A stretch of DNA of 63,496 nucleotides, counting the filler, from Octopus bimaculoides (lineage: Eukaryota), in NCBI RefSeq assembly GCF_001194135.2. It is 7 parts of 4 records of this genome, joined end to end, with 100 filler letters (N's around TTAATTAATTAA, not from the genome) between each part and the next. Parts side by side here need not be neighbours in the genome. Positions count along the whole stretch, not along the records: positions 23,604 to 34,827 come from NC_068999.1; positions 34,928 to 47,055 come from NC_068985.1; 5 more parts are not named here. One strand, given 5' to 3'. Under the pieces are notes generated by a model. The model searched no databases and was not told the origin of the DNA. It worked only from the letters and a program-made list of their open reading frames with translations. Shown in pieces: positions 24,941 through 37,915 of this stretch. A program made the translations under genes and the position numbers. Position 1 is the first letter of the stretch, and the number at the start of each line of letters is the position of its first letter.

Positions 24941-24977
<37 letters not shown>

Positions 24978-25974
24978 CGGCTAAAATTATGCTTACATAA
25001 TCTTATATATTAGACAATTTAGAAGGACGATGTGTATTTTTCAATCATTATAATGCTGGAAAATAATGAATAACAGCAATTTTGATTTGGAATTAGTTGA
25101 TACAGGGTAACATTAGGCAAATTAACTGCGTATTATGGAGTGTCACACACACGTGCACTATAGCAAGCTTCTGAATTATCTTAAGATTAATCCTCGTACG
25201 TAATAGAGACAAGTCCAAGTGAGTTACTCATGTCAGTCTATGAATTCCTGTAACGCAGATGCGAATGGACTCATTAACACCTCTTATATTTAATGTTAAC
25301 ACCCCACTCTCTTATCACTTATTTTATTTTATTTATATTGCTTATATTGTTTATACCCTTGTTAGTTTGTATGTGTACATACTTGTCTACCCACACACTA
25401 ACGCGTAGGCTGTTCTAACAGCTCCCCGCTTGTGTGTTTGTCTTCTTTTCTCTCATTGACCTTTACGAACTTGTCACTCCCACTGAACATTTTTTTTATA
25501 TACACTAGTCTCACAGCCTTTCGTTTACTTATCTTTTTCTAATTGTGCCTCCAGCTGTGTTCATGAATGTGTGTGTATAACGACTATGTTTTACATTAAT
25601 CAAAGCGAAATCTGGATCGTGGTTTAGTTTTAATACGTTTATTACTTTTGTGTATTGAAGGATTGTTGGGGCTCCGTATAATATAATTTGCATTATTTCT
25701 TTCGGCTCTTTATGTTCTCCGTTCAAATCTAGCTGTAGTTAATTTTGCCTGACACCTTTTCGTGGAGAAAGGAAAATACCAATCAAGTGCTTGTATTGGT
25801 GTAAATGACAAACCCACACTTCAACAAAGGAAATTTCTGCTATACAGACTTAAGACCCTTACATCTGTTGCTGTGGTTGTTCTTGCTGGTGTTGCCGTTT
25901 TTTTTTTGGGGGGGGGGAGGCAGTCTATGCCGTCATTTATTCTGATATAGAAAATCACGGACCGCTCTTCAAGT

Positions 25975-26185
25975 GTCATATATATAAATATATATTGGTT
26001 TCAAATTTTGGCACAAGGCCTACAATATCGGGAGCGGGGGTGAACATAAGTCGATTACATTGATCCCAGTCGGAACGCTGATTAGCATTTTGTCCGGTGT
26101 GTTGACGACTCAGCAAGGTTGCCATATTGATACAGCCAGATGGGATTAGATAAAAATTTCGATTGCTATTTCTAAGCATTTTCAC
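25975..26185 (-). mobile_element. SINE family 2, diverged copy
   Basis: Tail TTTCAAATTTTGGCACAAGGCC..GTCGATTACATTGATCCCAG as in other copies. Confidence 0.6.
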
Positions 26186-26474
26186 TTAATATATAGCAGC
26201 TAGAATGTTGGTTGTATTTTCTAGATGAATAATCATTGTTGGATTGTTGTTGATTTACCCTGCAGTAGCGTGAAAGAGGGGATATATTTATTATTTGAGA
26301 CTTACATACTGTGCCCATCGTTTTTGCTAGGGATCTACTTTACTTATTTTTCATTTAAGTACGGGGTATCCAAGAATGAATTGTCTTATATCTCCTTTAG
26401 CTATGAAACACACTATTGCTGTAACATGGGAGTGATTTATCAGAAAATACGCTGTGTGCGTGGATAAACATGCA

Positions 26475-26910
26475 TGCTTACATGCATACAGGCACCCCAC
26501 ACACACACATTCCTGCAGCCATGCTAGGGACCGCCTTGAAAGGTTTAGTCGATCAAATCGACGCCAGTACACAATTTTATGTCTGATACTTATTCTATCG
26601 GTGTCAATTTGTCGAACCGCTATTTTACGGAGATGTAAACAAAACAAAACTTGTCATCAAGTGATGGTGGTGGTCAAACAAACGCAAAGACGCATACACA
26701 TATTTACACACATTGTACTCTCTCTCAGTATCTCTCTCTCTCTGTCTATCTGTCTATCTACATATCTATCTATGACGAGATTCTTTCAGTTTCCGTCAAT
26801 CAAATCCACTCACAAGTTATTGGTCGGCCCAGGGCAATAGTAGAAGACACTTGCTCTGTTGCACTGAACCCGGAACTATGAGAATGGGAAGCGAACTTCT
26901 TACCAAGCGT
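26475..26910 (-). mobile_element. SINE family 1, near full length
   Basis: GCAGCCATGCT..ACCGCCTTGAAAG..TTTCAGTTTCCGTC..AATCCACTCACAAG..GAACCCGGAAC. Confidence 0.85.
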
Positions 26911-28479
26911 GTGCACGTGTGTATATTTTACACTATATTCCATATTCCTTTCAGGGGGCACCTTTTTTGTTTCCTCTTACGTTCTTTTGCTCTTTTATGA
27001 AACTTAATCCTTTAACATATTGTGGTTGTGTGTCCCCCACCAATTCCCACTTCTTCACGGCATACTTTCACTCTACTTCAATTTCCTTAACATGTGATGT
27101 CCCTTTCTTGTTTGACATCTCCCTCTATACCAAATAGTTGGATTCTATTTTTCTACTAACGCACGATTTTATTTCATTTTAGCAAATTAAAAATTAGTAA
27201 AGCTTAGATAACTGTCATATATCTTACTCTATAGGAATAATAATAAAGGGAATTTATCAAATGCTTGATAATCAAATATGAAATTCATTATTTACTTTCG
27301 TTTTCCTTTCTTTCTTTTTGTTTATATTTGGTGCTCCAGCATGAGCTTAACTTCCTATCAGAAACCCACAAAAAACTCCAAAGAAGAATAATGTTGTGAC
27401 CTAATTCTCCAATACTCCTAGTAATGAAGCACAATAAATATTTGCGGAAACTAACAAGAATACGCTGATAGAAATAATTAAATATTTTCAATGATAACAG
27501 AAGAGATATCTTACCAATAAATAGTTTGTACAAAATATAGGAAATCGGAGCTACTATGATTAACCTTTCCATTAATATTCAGTAGTTTGTTTGAAATGTC
27601 TTTCTCATATATGTTTTATATATTTTGTATAAATTACTATGGTTGTTTGCCAATGTTGGATTTTCATCTGTTTCTTATTTTGCGTGTGTCCAATTTTAAT
27701 TCTATTTAATAGGATTTTGATTAATTTAAAATTAATGAAGAACCTCTTTAAATATTACCATCTCTTTATTATTCGTTTTATTATTTTACTTTGAAATATG
27801 TTATCATAGTTTGTTTTTTTTCATTTTATTTGTTTATGTTTCATTTAATTAAATCGAAACCCTCAATGTTTATCAGGATTTGCAGTTGTTATTTTAAATA
27901 ATTAACGTCGCAACAGAGATGGAACATAGTGAAATAGTTCCAGGAATATTCACGAGACTTTTAAAAAGCAACAATAATAACACTGGGAAATCTTCTTTAA
28001 CCATTATATAACCATATGTGAAACCGTAATAGCAGCATTTCAAGAATTATTCTTTCCAATATACGTAAAGAAATTTTGCAATATAGGCGGTGGCTCGTTT
28101 TTTCAGTCACGTGGTTTCCGGTCCAGTCTGTCTACGATGGGGTTGATTTAATTTCCGTCTACCAAATCCACTTACAAGTCTTAGAGAGATAGATAGATAT
28201 AAACGTGTGTGTGTGTGTCTATGAAAATATAATATAAAGGGTAAATATTACTAAAAATGACAAGTTATACCGGTGGCCGGCATGTTTAACGAAAAGGCCG
28301 TAGACCATAAATATTTTTATAATATATATAAACGTGTATAACATTATCCACGAAGGGGATTTGACATCTCTTTTCAGCATGTAGGAAGACCACTCAGTGG
28401 TCCTTTCCTTCGTGTGTTGTAATTGTATACAATTGTGTGTGTGTGTGTGTGTATATATATGTATATATATATATATATC

Positions 28480-28975
28480 GACGCAGGTATGGCTGTGTGG
28501 CAAGATGCTTGCATCCCAACCATATGGTTCAGGGTTCAGTCCTACTGTGTGACACCTTAAACATGTGTCTTCTGCTGTAGACTCAGCCCAACTAAAGCCT
28601 TTTGAGTGGATTTGATAGATGGGAACTGAAAGACGCTTGTATATATGTATATGTCTACTTGTGTGTGTCTTTCTGTCTGTGTTATATATATATGCGTGTC
28701 TGTGTCTGCGTTTGTTTTTGTTCCCGTGACTTAGTGGTTCGTCAAAAGGGCACACTACATTAAGCACTGGAATTATGAGAACACATTTGTATACAATACT
28801 CGTTGGATCCAACTTCAAAGCACCAAGAGCAATGTTTATGTCCCTATTTGGCAAAAGAGTCATATAGCAAAATTATCAGGCTCAATAAATTTAGATAATC
28901 AAATCGATTTGTTTTTTCCCGAGCACTACAAGCTGGTGCCCCGGCATGACGACAGTCCAGTGACTGAAAGAAATA
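28480..28975 (+). mobile_element. SINE family 1 with ~130 bp of unrelated internal sequence; a deleted copy lies at 28085-28190
   Basis: Head GCAGGTATGGCTGTGTGG..GGTTCAGGGTTCAGTCC, body GAGTGGATTTGATAGATGGGAACTGAAAG, tail CATGACGACAGTCCAGTGACTGAAAG. Confidence 0.75.
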
Positions 28976-30174
28976 GAGAGAATATACATTAAAAAAAATA
29001 ATCTTGTAATACTTCGCACTTCCAACACAGAATTTTAAATTAGACAGTGAAATATGATATTTTTTCGTGATGTTTTGTTAAGAATACTGAAATATTCACT
29101 AAAACTTGATACTAGATGCATGATATATCTTAACTAGAGTCAGTTATCAAATTATGTATTCCATTTTAAAGTAGTATATTATTACTATGTGATAATGTAT
29201 TCTTTAGCGTACTGCCCGCTACTGATTATGCATTAAACCAATACGCATAATTTTGATTGCCAATTATAATCTATTATTAATCAAATATAATTTATTCAGT
29301 GTGGCTTTAACAAAATAGGTTGAGTTCTGTTGTTAATCATTAACATTTTGAATCTCCTGGGACAACGAATTATCGTTATCTCTGTTTGTGTTGTAAAACA
29401 AGCTTCTAGGGCATGTGTGAAGGAAACGAAATTAATAGAGAATGCAACCATATATAAATAATTAACAAGACTAATGCTGTTTACTGAACGTTAAACTATT
29501 TACGATCTGAATGCATAATCAAACATTCCCGACAATGGAAACTATTATCATAAGATAATTGAGTTGTATGATTCATTTGGTAATTCTAATATAACACAAG
29601 ATATGTCATGCTTGTTAATGACTACTGTCAATTGTTCTCATTTCTTATTCTTGTTAATATTGGTCAAGTTCCCAATGCAATAAAACTGGTACTGTAACCG
29701 TTTAGTTATTTAAATGGAAATTATTAGGTGCATGCTGTGTGTATGTATATACATACATATACATAAATATAGATATGTATGTGTATATATATATTCTTTT
29801 TATCATTTTATTCTTTTATTTGTTTCAGTCATTTGACTGTGGCCATACTGGAGCNNNNNNNNNNNNNNNNNNNNNNNNNNNNNNNNNNNNNNNNNNNNNN
29901 NNNNNNNNNNNNNNNNNNNNNNNNNNNNNNNNNNNNNNNNNNNNNNNNNNNNNNTTTTCCTGTAACGTTACACTTCGAACCGATGCAAATATTAAATAAA
30001 GGAATTTTCTCCAATAAGCAAGAAAGTGTAGCAATTTGAAATGGACAAAGCAAAAGAAAGGATTCAGCTATAGAACAATCTACGAATATTTTTGAATACA
30101 GTATGAAAAAGTTTGAACATCAGGACAAATTTCTATAAAAATCTAGGTAGGGAACACATATTTATATGACACAG

Positions 30175-30655
30175 TCCTTTCTCCTATAGGTACAAGACCT
30201 GAAATTATGGTGGAGGGGACTAACTAATGACATCGACCTCAGTGTTTACTGCTACTTAATCTAGCGGCCCGAAAGAATGACACGCATAGTCGACCTCGGT
30301 GGAATTTGAACTCAGAACGTAGCGACGGGCGAAATACGCTAAGCATTTCGTCCAGCGTTCTAACGATTCTACCAGCTCGCTGCCTTTTCTCTATATTATA
30401 TAATAATATCCAATATTATGAGTTACTTGAGGGAAGCGAGTTGGCAGAACCGTTAATGCACTGGAAACCATGCATAGTGGCATTTGTTCCGACTCTACGA
30501 TCTGAGCTCATATGCCGCCGAGTTCGACTATGATTTTCAACCTTTTGGGCTCCATAAAATAAGTACCAGTTGAGCACCGGGATCAATCTAATCCACTAAC
30601 TCTCTCTCACAAAGTTGCTGGCCTTGTGCCAAAATTTGAAATCAATGCTATAAGT
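30175..30655. mobile_element. Two SINE family 2 copies in divergent orientation (30175-30385 minus; 30510-30655 plus)
   Basis: GTCGACCTCGGTGGAATTTGAACTCAGAACGT on one side and TTTCAACCTTTTGGGCTCCATAAAATAAGTACCAG..GGCCTTGTGCCAAAATTTGAAA on the other. Confidence 0.75.
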
Positions 30656-30789
30656 TACTTGTACTAAATATGGCGTACGAATGTTTAAAGTAACTAATAT
30701 AGCAACCGACGTAAAATAATTATTGAACTAAGATATTTAAAGAAACTGAAAACCGAAAGATGAGGATTAGAAAAGCTCCGAAGCAGAGT

Positions 30790-30965
30790 ATCTGGCATAA
30801 AAAAACAGCGATTAATGGAAAGAAGTGTTGTTTTAGCTGTGTTAAAAGTAAACAACCAATGAGTCCTCCATTCATTCGCTGAAGGCATGTCATGCTAAAG
30901 AGAAGCAAGTACTACTCGGTATAACTGCAGAAGTGCACCCACCACTGACTTCGTTACCATTCTTT
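30790..30965 (-). mobile_element. CR1/Jockey-like LINE RT fragment
   Basis: Minus strand EWRTHWLFTFNTAKTTLLSINR resembles the W...W...FN..KT motif downstream of YADD. Confidence 0.45.
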
Positions 30966-31679
30966 CTCAATTTTTTTTTTTTTAAATGCATACTTTTTGA
31001 ATGAAATTTTCCAGCGTTACATTTTAGATGCAGATTACGATTTCGAGAGGAAAAAAAAACTTGAAAAAGAAAATCTGTATTTGAANNNNNNNNNNNNNNN
31101 NNNNNNNNNNNNNNNNNNNNNNNNNNNNNNNNNNNNNNNNNNNNNNNNNNNNNNNNNNNNNNNNNNNNNNNNNNNNNNNNNNNNNNNNNNNNNNNNNNNN
31201 NNNNNNNNNNNNNNNNNNNNNNNNNNNNNNNNNNNNNNNNNNNNNNNNNNNNNNNNNNNNNNNNNNNNNNNNNNNNNNNNNNNNNNNNNNNNNNNNNNNN
31301 NNNNNNNNNNNNNNNNNNNNNNNNNNNNNNNNNNNNNNNNNNNNNNNNNNNNNNNNNNNNNNNNNNNNNNNNNNNNNNNNNNNNNNNNNNNNNNNNNNNN
31401 NNNNNNNNNTGGAGACACTTCTTTAGCTTTGCTGCTTTTTCCACCTGACCAAATAAATCAGAACCTCATTCAAGGTAGAATAAAAAGACGGTAGCCTTTA
31501 TTTCGTCTAAGTTTAATAGGAACTATAAAAAGTTTTCCTGCCTATAACTATATCAATTGTGATGCGTTCATTAACTTGCTTGTAATATTCATTTATAGGA
31601 ATTAACTTTGAGATGTTTCAATATCTTAGAAGGGCTTACTTAAAGCTAAATATCATACTTCGTTTTCTATACAGAAGTA

Positions 31680-31748
31680 ACTCACAACGCCCGGTCTGGG
31701 AATGGAAATCGCGATCCTATGACCGCGAGTCCGCTGCCCTAACCACTC
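31680..31748 (-). mobile_element. SINE family 3 head fragment
   Basis: CTCACAACGCCCGGTCTGGGAATGGAAATCGCGATCCTATGACCGCGAGTCCGCTGCCCTAACCACT matches the head of the 56370 copy. Confidence 0.85.
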
Positions 31749-33138
31749 TAGGTTAAATTGAAAAAAAAAATCTTTAAGTGGGAACATCTAAGAGAGAAAA
31801 GCGTACCCAATAGTGTAGTACATAACGACTTTTCTGTCAAGAAGGAAAAATCAATATTATAATTCCGTTAAGCAAATGAAAAGCGTTGTATATGTGGAGA
31901 CTAATGTTAGTGTTTTAGTGGTATAAAAAAGACCAGAATGTAGGTGGAGGAGTAACATCAAAGAATGAACAGGATGAAAATGTTGGAAAACATGAGGTCG
32001 GCTGAATAGTAAAGAAAAATTGAGTGGGAGAGCTTGCGTCTCTTTGTGTGCACCTACGACCTTCTCGTGCTTGTGAATTTGATTGATTGTTAAGTAGGTG
32101 ACTGAATGATTTTGAAATTGTCTATTTACGGTGGTGATTTATTATTTATGCTCGGAGCTTGAAAAATGTCAAGTATCGGAAATACGACAATAGGTGCTAT
32201 TTGAAAGTGGCTGAATTAAGCTAAAGCATTAGAAGATATAAAATACATTATTACCTAAAAAAAAAAAAAGAAAAAAAGCAAATAAACATCGCTTTTTGAC
32301 ATTTTTCTAAGTATTTGATCTCAGAGCGTAGAATCGCCATTAAGCATTTTGTCCAGCGCTGTAACGATTCTCCCAACTCACTGCCTTATTATTAACAGAT
32401 AATACATTTTTTCACTATCAGCCATCAAGCAGGTTCCTCCATGTGTCCAGATGCTGGTTTGTCAAGACACTTTCTATTACCGTTTGTGTTCTGTCAACAA
32501 ACGTCTTTTTTGGCCTTTTACTCTCTTCCACTCCACACCTCTTGTCACGATAGTCTTGAGCAATGACTCGCACCTCATCACCATAAAGTAACAATAGGGT
32601 GCAGGTGGAATTCTGCTTTACGCACGGCATATCACCCCTTTTAACTTTTTTTATTTGGGGGAATTTTCAGAAGAACTTTTGCGAATTTGTATTCTATACA
32701 GGGGAATTCAGAAGACTTTGAAAAAAAAAAAAATTCCCAAAAATAAAGATGAGGGGTTATATGCAGCGCGGAAATCAGAATTCCGCCAAAGTGTTTGATA
32801 TNNNNNNNNNNNNNNNNNNNNNNNNNNNNNNNNNNNNNNNNNNNNNNNNNNNNNNNNNNNNNNNNNNNNNNNNNNNNNNNNNNNNNNNNNNNNNNNNNNN
32901 NNNNNNNNNNNNNNNNNNNNNNNNNNNNNNNNNNNNNNNNNNNNNNNNNNNNNNNNNNNNNNNNNNNNNNNNNNNNNNNNNNNNNNNNNNNNNNNNNNNN
33001 NNNNNNNNNNNNNNNNNNNNNNNNNNNNNNNNNNNNNNCAGGAAATCTGATACTGAGGACAAACACGTTATGAAAATAATCACCACCAGGCATTTTCCTA
33101 AAACTGATGTCAATAATACTAAGCAAAATGAATATCTG

Positions 33139-33174
<36 letters not shown>

Positions 33175-33859
33175 TAAATTGCTTTTTTTTTCCTACTACA
33201 ATTTTTTGTTTGTTTTGGCTACCAATTTCGAATGTTCTTCCGTCATGTGAGAACGTAGATTTTACCAGTTTCTTTTTTATGATAATACAGTGTCAAAAAT
33301 AAGTAAATGAATTACACAAAAAAAAGTATGCATAATATTTACGAGTATACGAACACACTCACACCCATACATATGCATATACATACACGTGTGTGCGTCA
33401 ATATTTGTACATGTACAAATGTATGGCAAGAGAGAATGCCAAAGATGAGATTTTTTTATATATCACTTTATACATACACATGAGTGTGCTCAGATATTTA
33501 ATATTTGTGTCATTTTTGAGATGTTGATTTGAGATTTATGATATGCATTAAAAGCTGTACAATATTTAAACGTGACTCTTTTTATTTCTTTCTTTTTTAC
33601 TTTTTAGGAATTTTATTTTTACATTAAACTAAATCTTGCTGAATGGAAAACAAATGATTTGCTTCCATTCAGTTAAAAGTCGGACTTATGCATGATTACT
33701 TAGACGGATACTTCGAGAATTCGAAGTATTTTCACATTATAATTTATTTGGAGAATGATAAATATTTTTACTTTGTACTTTATTTGCAGATTACACGTCT
33801 TTCTGGATATAAAGTTCCCTTGGTAGCTATGTGTTTCCGCTTTCAATTCCAGTGCACTA

Positions 33860-33870
33860 TCTATCTATGA

Positions 33871-33945
<75 letters not shown>
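33860..33945. repeat. (CTAT)n microsatellite
   Basis: Direct reading. Confidence 0.95.
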
Positions 33946-34537
33946 CTAATAGAAACACACACAAGAGTATAAGCATTTGTGTGCCCGCGCGTGTTTGTGT
34001 GCATTTGTGTGCGTGTACATGAAATATTTGTGTATCGCTATAAATATTTTGTAATGTTTATATATGTTAAAAAAATTATGGTAACTCCCTCAGGGAACGT
34101 AAATCTGATGGGCTAGAGATTTGATCAATAGAGAACAACAAAATCTGCACCAGATTCTTGGCTATATACCAAAGCTAATAATTTTTTTATTGTATACGCA
34201 TCATGTCAAAGCCACAATTCCATTCTTGGTGCTTTTGAATGGCATACAATAGCTTTTTGAGGTAAGCAACTAAATAGCGTATTGCACTATATCCGCTATT
34301 CTACCGATTATGCCATTTAGCATAAACGTATACAATAAATATTGATTTTCAACAAAGGCGCCAAGTCACACTTGTAGGAAGAATTGTTGTTTATAGTCAC
34401 CTAGTATTTTATATTATCGAACACTGAATGTCGGAACTATAGTGGAGCCGTGGTGATATTTGACTTCGGAGAATAAAGGGATATAACTATAACTTGCAAG
34501 CGATTTTCACAGGGCTTTCCACCGCTCTATATAGAGC

Positions 34538-34827
34538 GAGTGGAGGCGCAATGGCCCAGTGGTTAGGGCAGTGGACTCGCGGTCATAGGATTGCGGTTTC
34601 GATTCCCAGACCGGGCGTTGTGAGTGTTTATTGAGCAAAAACACCTAAAAAGCTCTTTCACCACAACTTTCTCTCACTCTTCCTGTTTCTGTTGTGCCTG
34701 TAATTCAAAGGGTCAGCCTTGTCACACTGTGTCACGCTGAATATCCCCGAGAACTACGTAAAGAGTACACGTGTCTGTGGAGGGCTCAGCCACTTGCACG
34801 TTAATTTCACGAGCAGGCTGTTCCGTT
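34538..34827 (+). mobile_element. SINE family 3 with a ~40-bp internal deletion, running into a gap
   Basis: A-box TGGCCCAGTGG and B-box GTTTCGATTCC; body matches the 56370 copy but lacks the CCACGAGGCTCCGGCAGGGG..GTACTC segment. Confidence 0.9.
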
Positions 34828-34927
34828 NNNNNNNNNNNNNNNNNNNNNNNNNNNNNNNNNNNNNNNNNNNNTTAATTAATTAANNNNNNNNNNNNNNNNN
34901 NNNNNNNNNNNNNNNNNNNNNNNNNNN

Positions 34928-35155
34928 TGTGTGTGTGTGTGTGTGTGTGTCTGTTTGACCCCCAACATCGCTTCACAACCGATGCTGGTGTGTTTACGTC
35001 ACCGTAACGTAGCGGTTCGGTTAGAGAGACCGATAGAATTAGTACAAGGCTTACAAAGAATAAGTCCTGGGATCGATTTGTTCGACTAAAGCCGGTGCTC
35101 CAGCATGGCCGCAGTCAAATGACTGAAACAAATAAAAGATAAAAGAATAATAGAA
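34928..35155 (+). mobile_element. SINE family 1, 3' half
   Basis: CATCGCTTCACAACCGATGCTGGTGTGTTTACG..CCAGCATGGCCGCAGTCAAATGACTGAAAC. Confidence 0.9.
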
Positions 35156-35284
35156 AATATGCCACGGCTTCCACACAGTTTCCATACTCAAAATTCACTC
35201 ACATGACATTGCATGGTCTTGTGAGACAGAAAATTATGCAGTTTTGAAGTGAGTTTCTTAACCAAACTGCCTTGCCAAGACGGT

Positions 35285-36135
35285 TAGCTGGTGGTACCCT
35301 TAGCGCGTCGGACAAAATATTTAGCGATAATTCTTGCGACTTCGTTCTGGATTCAAATCTCGTCTAGACTGACTCTGCCTTTAATCCTTTCTGGGTCGAT
35401 AAAATAAAGTGCTAGACAAGAACTGGTGTGAATGTAATCGACTAACTACCTCCCCTCAAATTGCCGGCGTTGTGTGAAAATTAGAAGGAACATTTTGATA
35501 GAGTCTACCTCTCTTTAGATATGGGTATCAAATCTTCGGCGCAAGGCCAGTGATTTCGCAGGTGGGGTTCAGTCGGTTATTTCTATCCCAGTGGTACTTA
35601 TTTTATCGAGCGCAAAATGATGAAAGGCAAAGTCGATCTCGGTGGAATATAAACTGGCAACGTAGAAAGGGACAAAATTCCTATTTCTTTATTGCCCACA
35701 AGGGGCTAAACATAGAGGGGACAAACAAGGACAGACAAAGGGATTAAGTTGATTACACTGACCCAGTGCGTAACTGGTACTTAATTTATCGACCCCGAAA
35801 GGATGAAAGGCAAAGTCGACCTCGGCGGAATTTCAACTCAGAACGTCACGGCAGACGAAATACTGCTAAGCATTTCGCCCGGCTGCTAACGCTTCTGCCA
35901 GCTCGCCGCTTTCTACTCTCCTTAAATATTGGATTCAAACTTTGGCGCAATGTTTGGGGTGGAGCTAAGTCAATTACATCGACCCGTGTTAAACTGGTGC
36001 TCATTTTATCGACCCCGAAAGGATGAAAGGCAAAGTCGACCTCGGCGGAATTTGAACTCAGAACGTAACAGCGTAGGAAATTCCGCTGAGCGTGTTGCCC
36101 GGCGCACTAATGATTCTGCCATCTTGCCGCCTTAC
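35285..36135. mobile_element. Cluster of four SINE family 2 copies (35285-35490 plus; 35530-35681, 35682-35909 and 35924-36132 minus)
   Basis: Repeated core GAAAGGATGAAAGGCAAAGTCGA(C/T)CTCGG. The 35924-36132 copy is flanked by the 10-bp direct repeat TACTCTCCTT (35914-35923 and 36133-36142). Confidence 0.85.
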
Positions 36136-36229
36136 TCTCCTTTAATTGCGACCGCCAATATCTTCAATATAAGATTCTACAACCAGATGAATATTCTTTG
36201 AAAATTCAAAATATTTTATCTATACCTTT

Positions 36230-36575
36230 CATACTTGACGATCAGGCTGTCTCCAGGTCGAGTTGTTACTTCTCCGTATCGAGAAATCACAGTTCTGGTA
36301 CCACAGACATGTGATTAGAATGTGCGAAAAAAACAAACAGCAAGACGGATTCTTCAAGTTGAGCCAACTGGTAATAGACCTAATGGTAGTCCAAGGACGG
36401 AATGGTTGGATACTATCCATACTATCTGTTGGTCAAGCTTGGGAATCGAGCCAGAAAGGATATTGACGGTTCCTTTTGAAAGGGCCCTATGAAGGAGGTG
36501 GCTAAGGACTCCACCCCTACGTCTCTCTGAGGAATACTGGAGGAAATGATGGATGGATGAATAGATGGAATATTT
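36230..36575 (+). mobile_element. RTE-clade (Rex3/Expander-like) LINE 3' end with (GATG)n-like tail
   Basis: LLRIEKSQ..RHVIRM..RRILQVEPTGNRPNGSPRTEWLDTI..CWSSLGIEPE parallels the Rex3-type C-terminus ERSQLRW..PTGRRPRGRPRTRW..WERLG; ends GATGGATGGATG. Confidence 0.7.
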
Positions 36576-37139
36576 CATCAGTTTGCGCTAATCTTTGCAA
36601 TATAAACTATTATCCCTGCACTATAAATTTATGCATTTATTACAGTTAGATGCATATCTATATATTTAAGCGTATGATTTAATTGTCATTTTATTTACAT
36701 TATTAGATATATATCTATGCAAGCTTATGTGTTTGTGATATATAGAAGATAGATATGTGTCTGTGTTTAATCGTTCTATTAGTGACTGCTTCATCTTTCC
36801 ATATTATTGATCCATAGATTGAGTAATAACTTTCCTATGTCCATTAACACTACGTGGCTCCTTCCCAGTGTCATCTTCAAAAGTTCAGATAGTAACGCTA
36901 TAATTCATATACCTTTGCAGTTTGCAATGAGGTGTCAAGGGAATGATCCTGTAACTGCTAAAACCATCTGAGACGGATCTGAGTTTGTTCAATATTTAAA
37001 TCTACAACTACTTCCATAGTTGAATTCATAACTGCAGTAAATTCGTGTCGATACTTGATTTGCGCTTTAATTTAAATGTAACTTCCATTGATGTTATTTG
37101 CTCATTTTTGTGCGGAAACTTTATTGTGTATAGTAATTT

Positions 37140-37915
37140 TCTTTCTAATTTTGGCACAAGGCCAGTAATTTTAGACGAAGAAATTTAGTTGATTACATGG
37201 ACTCCAGAATTTGCTCGGTGTTTAGTTAATCTTATTTTATTGACTGGTATTGATTTTATTATATTAATTTTGTGATAATTGGTTCGTACTAATTGGTTAG
37301 TTAGTACTAATTGTAATTGGTTAGTACTAATTTTATCCTGAAAGGATGAAATACAAAGTCGATCTTGGTGGGATTACAACTCAGAAAGTGAAACACGGAA
37401 AGAAATGTCGCTAATTACTTTATGCAACACAGTAAAGGTTCTGCCAGCTCACCGTCTCATTTAGGTGGTTTCAAATTTTGGCACAAAGCGAGCAATTTCG
37501 AGAATTTGTCGATTACATCGTCCCTAGTATTGAATTTGTGCTTATCTAATTGACCCCACTCTCCACCTCAAAAAGATAGAGCCGACCTCGGCAGAATTTG
37601 ATCTCAGAACGTACAGAGCGATGGAATACCTATTTCTTTACTGCCCACAGGGGGCTAAACATAGAGGGGACAAACAAGGACAGACAAAGAGGGTAGGTCG
37701 ATTACATCGACCCCAGTGCGTAACTGGTACTTATTTAATCGACCCCGAAAGGATGAAAGGCAAAGTCGACCTCGGCGGAATTTGAACTCAGAACGTAACA
37801 GCAGACGAAATGCTGATAAGCATTTCGCCCGGCGTGCTAACGTTTCTGCCAGCTCGCCGCCTTGATGGAATACCGCTAAGCATTGTGTTCGGCGTGGTAA
37901 CGATTCCACCAGCTC
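37140..37915 (-). mobile_element. SINE family 2 cluster including a nested insertion (37631-37863) with an 11-bp TSD
   Basis: GATGGAATACC at 37620-37630 and 37864-37874 flanks a complete copy; the host head resumes at GCTAAGCATT (37875). Confidence 0.9.

Noticed and set aside
27425-27460. 15-mer AAATATTTGCGGAAA shared with ~5501-5515
   Set aside because: Flanks do not align; consistent with chance in AT-rich DNA.
28219-28863. 214-aa minus-strand ORF
   Set aside because: Largely the antisense of a SINE plus microsatellites; no domain recognised.
31411-31447. Possible minus-strand exon start VEKAAKLKKCL after TTTATTTGGTCAG
   Set aside because: Only 37 nt are visible before a gap; cannot be supported.
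32418-32630. 70-aa protein-like ORF (..DEVRVIAQDYRDKRCGVEESKRPKK..)
   Set aside because: No usable splice acceptor in frame, no recognisable family; kept out of features.
34230-34270. Strong donor GAG|GTAAGC
   Set aside because: All three upstream frames close before the donor; no coding exon can be built.
34538-34615. tRNA-like sequences (also SINE heads elsewhere) as tRNA genes
   Set aside because: They have A and B boxes but no complete cloverleaf and continue into SINE bodies.
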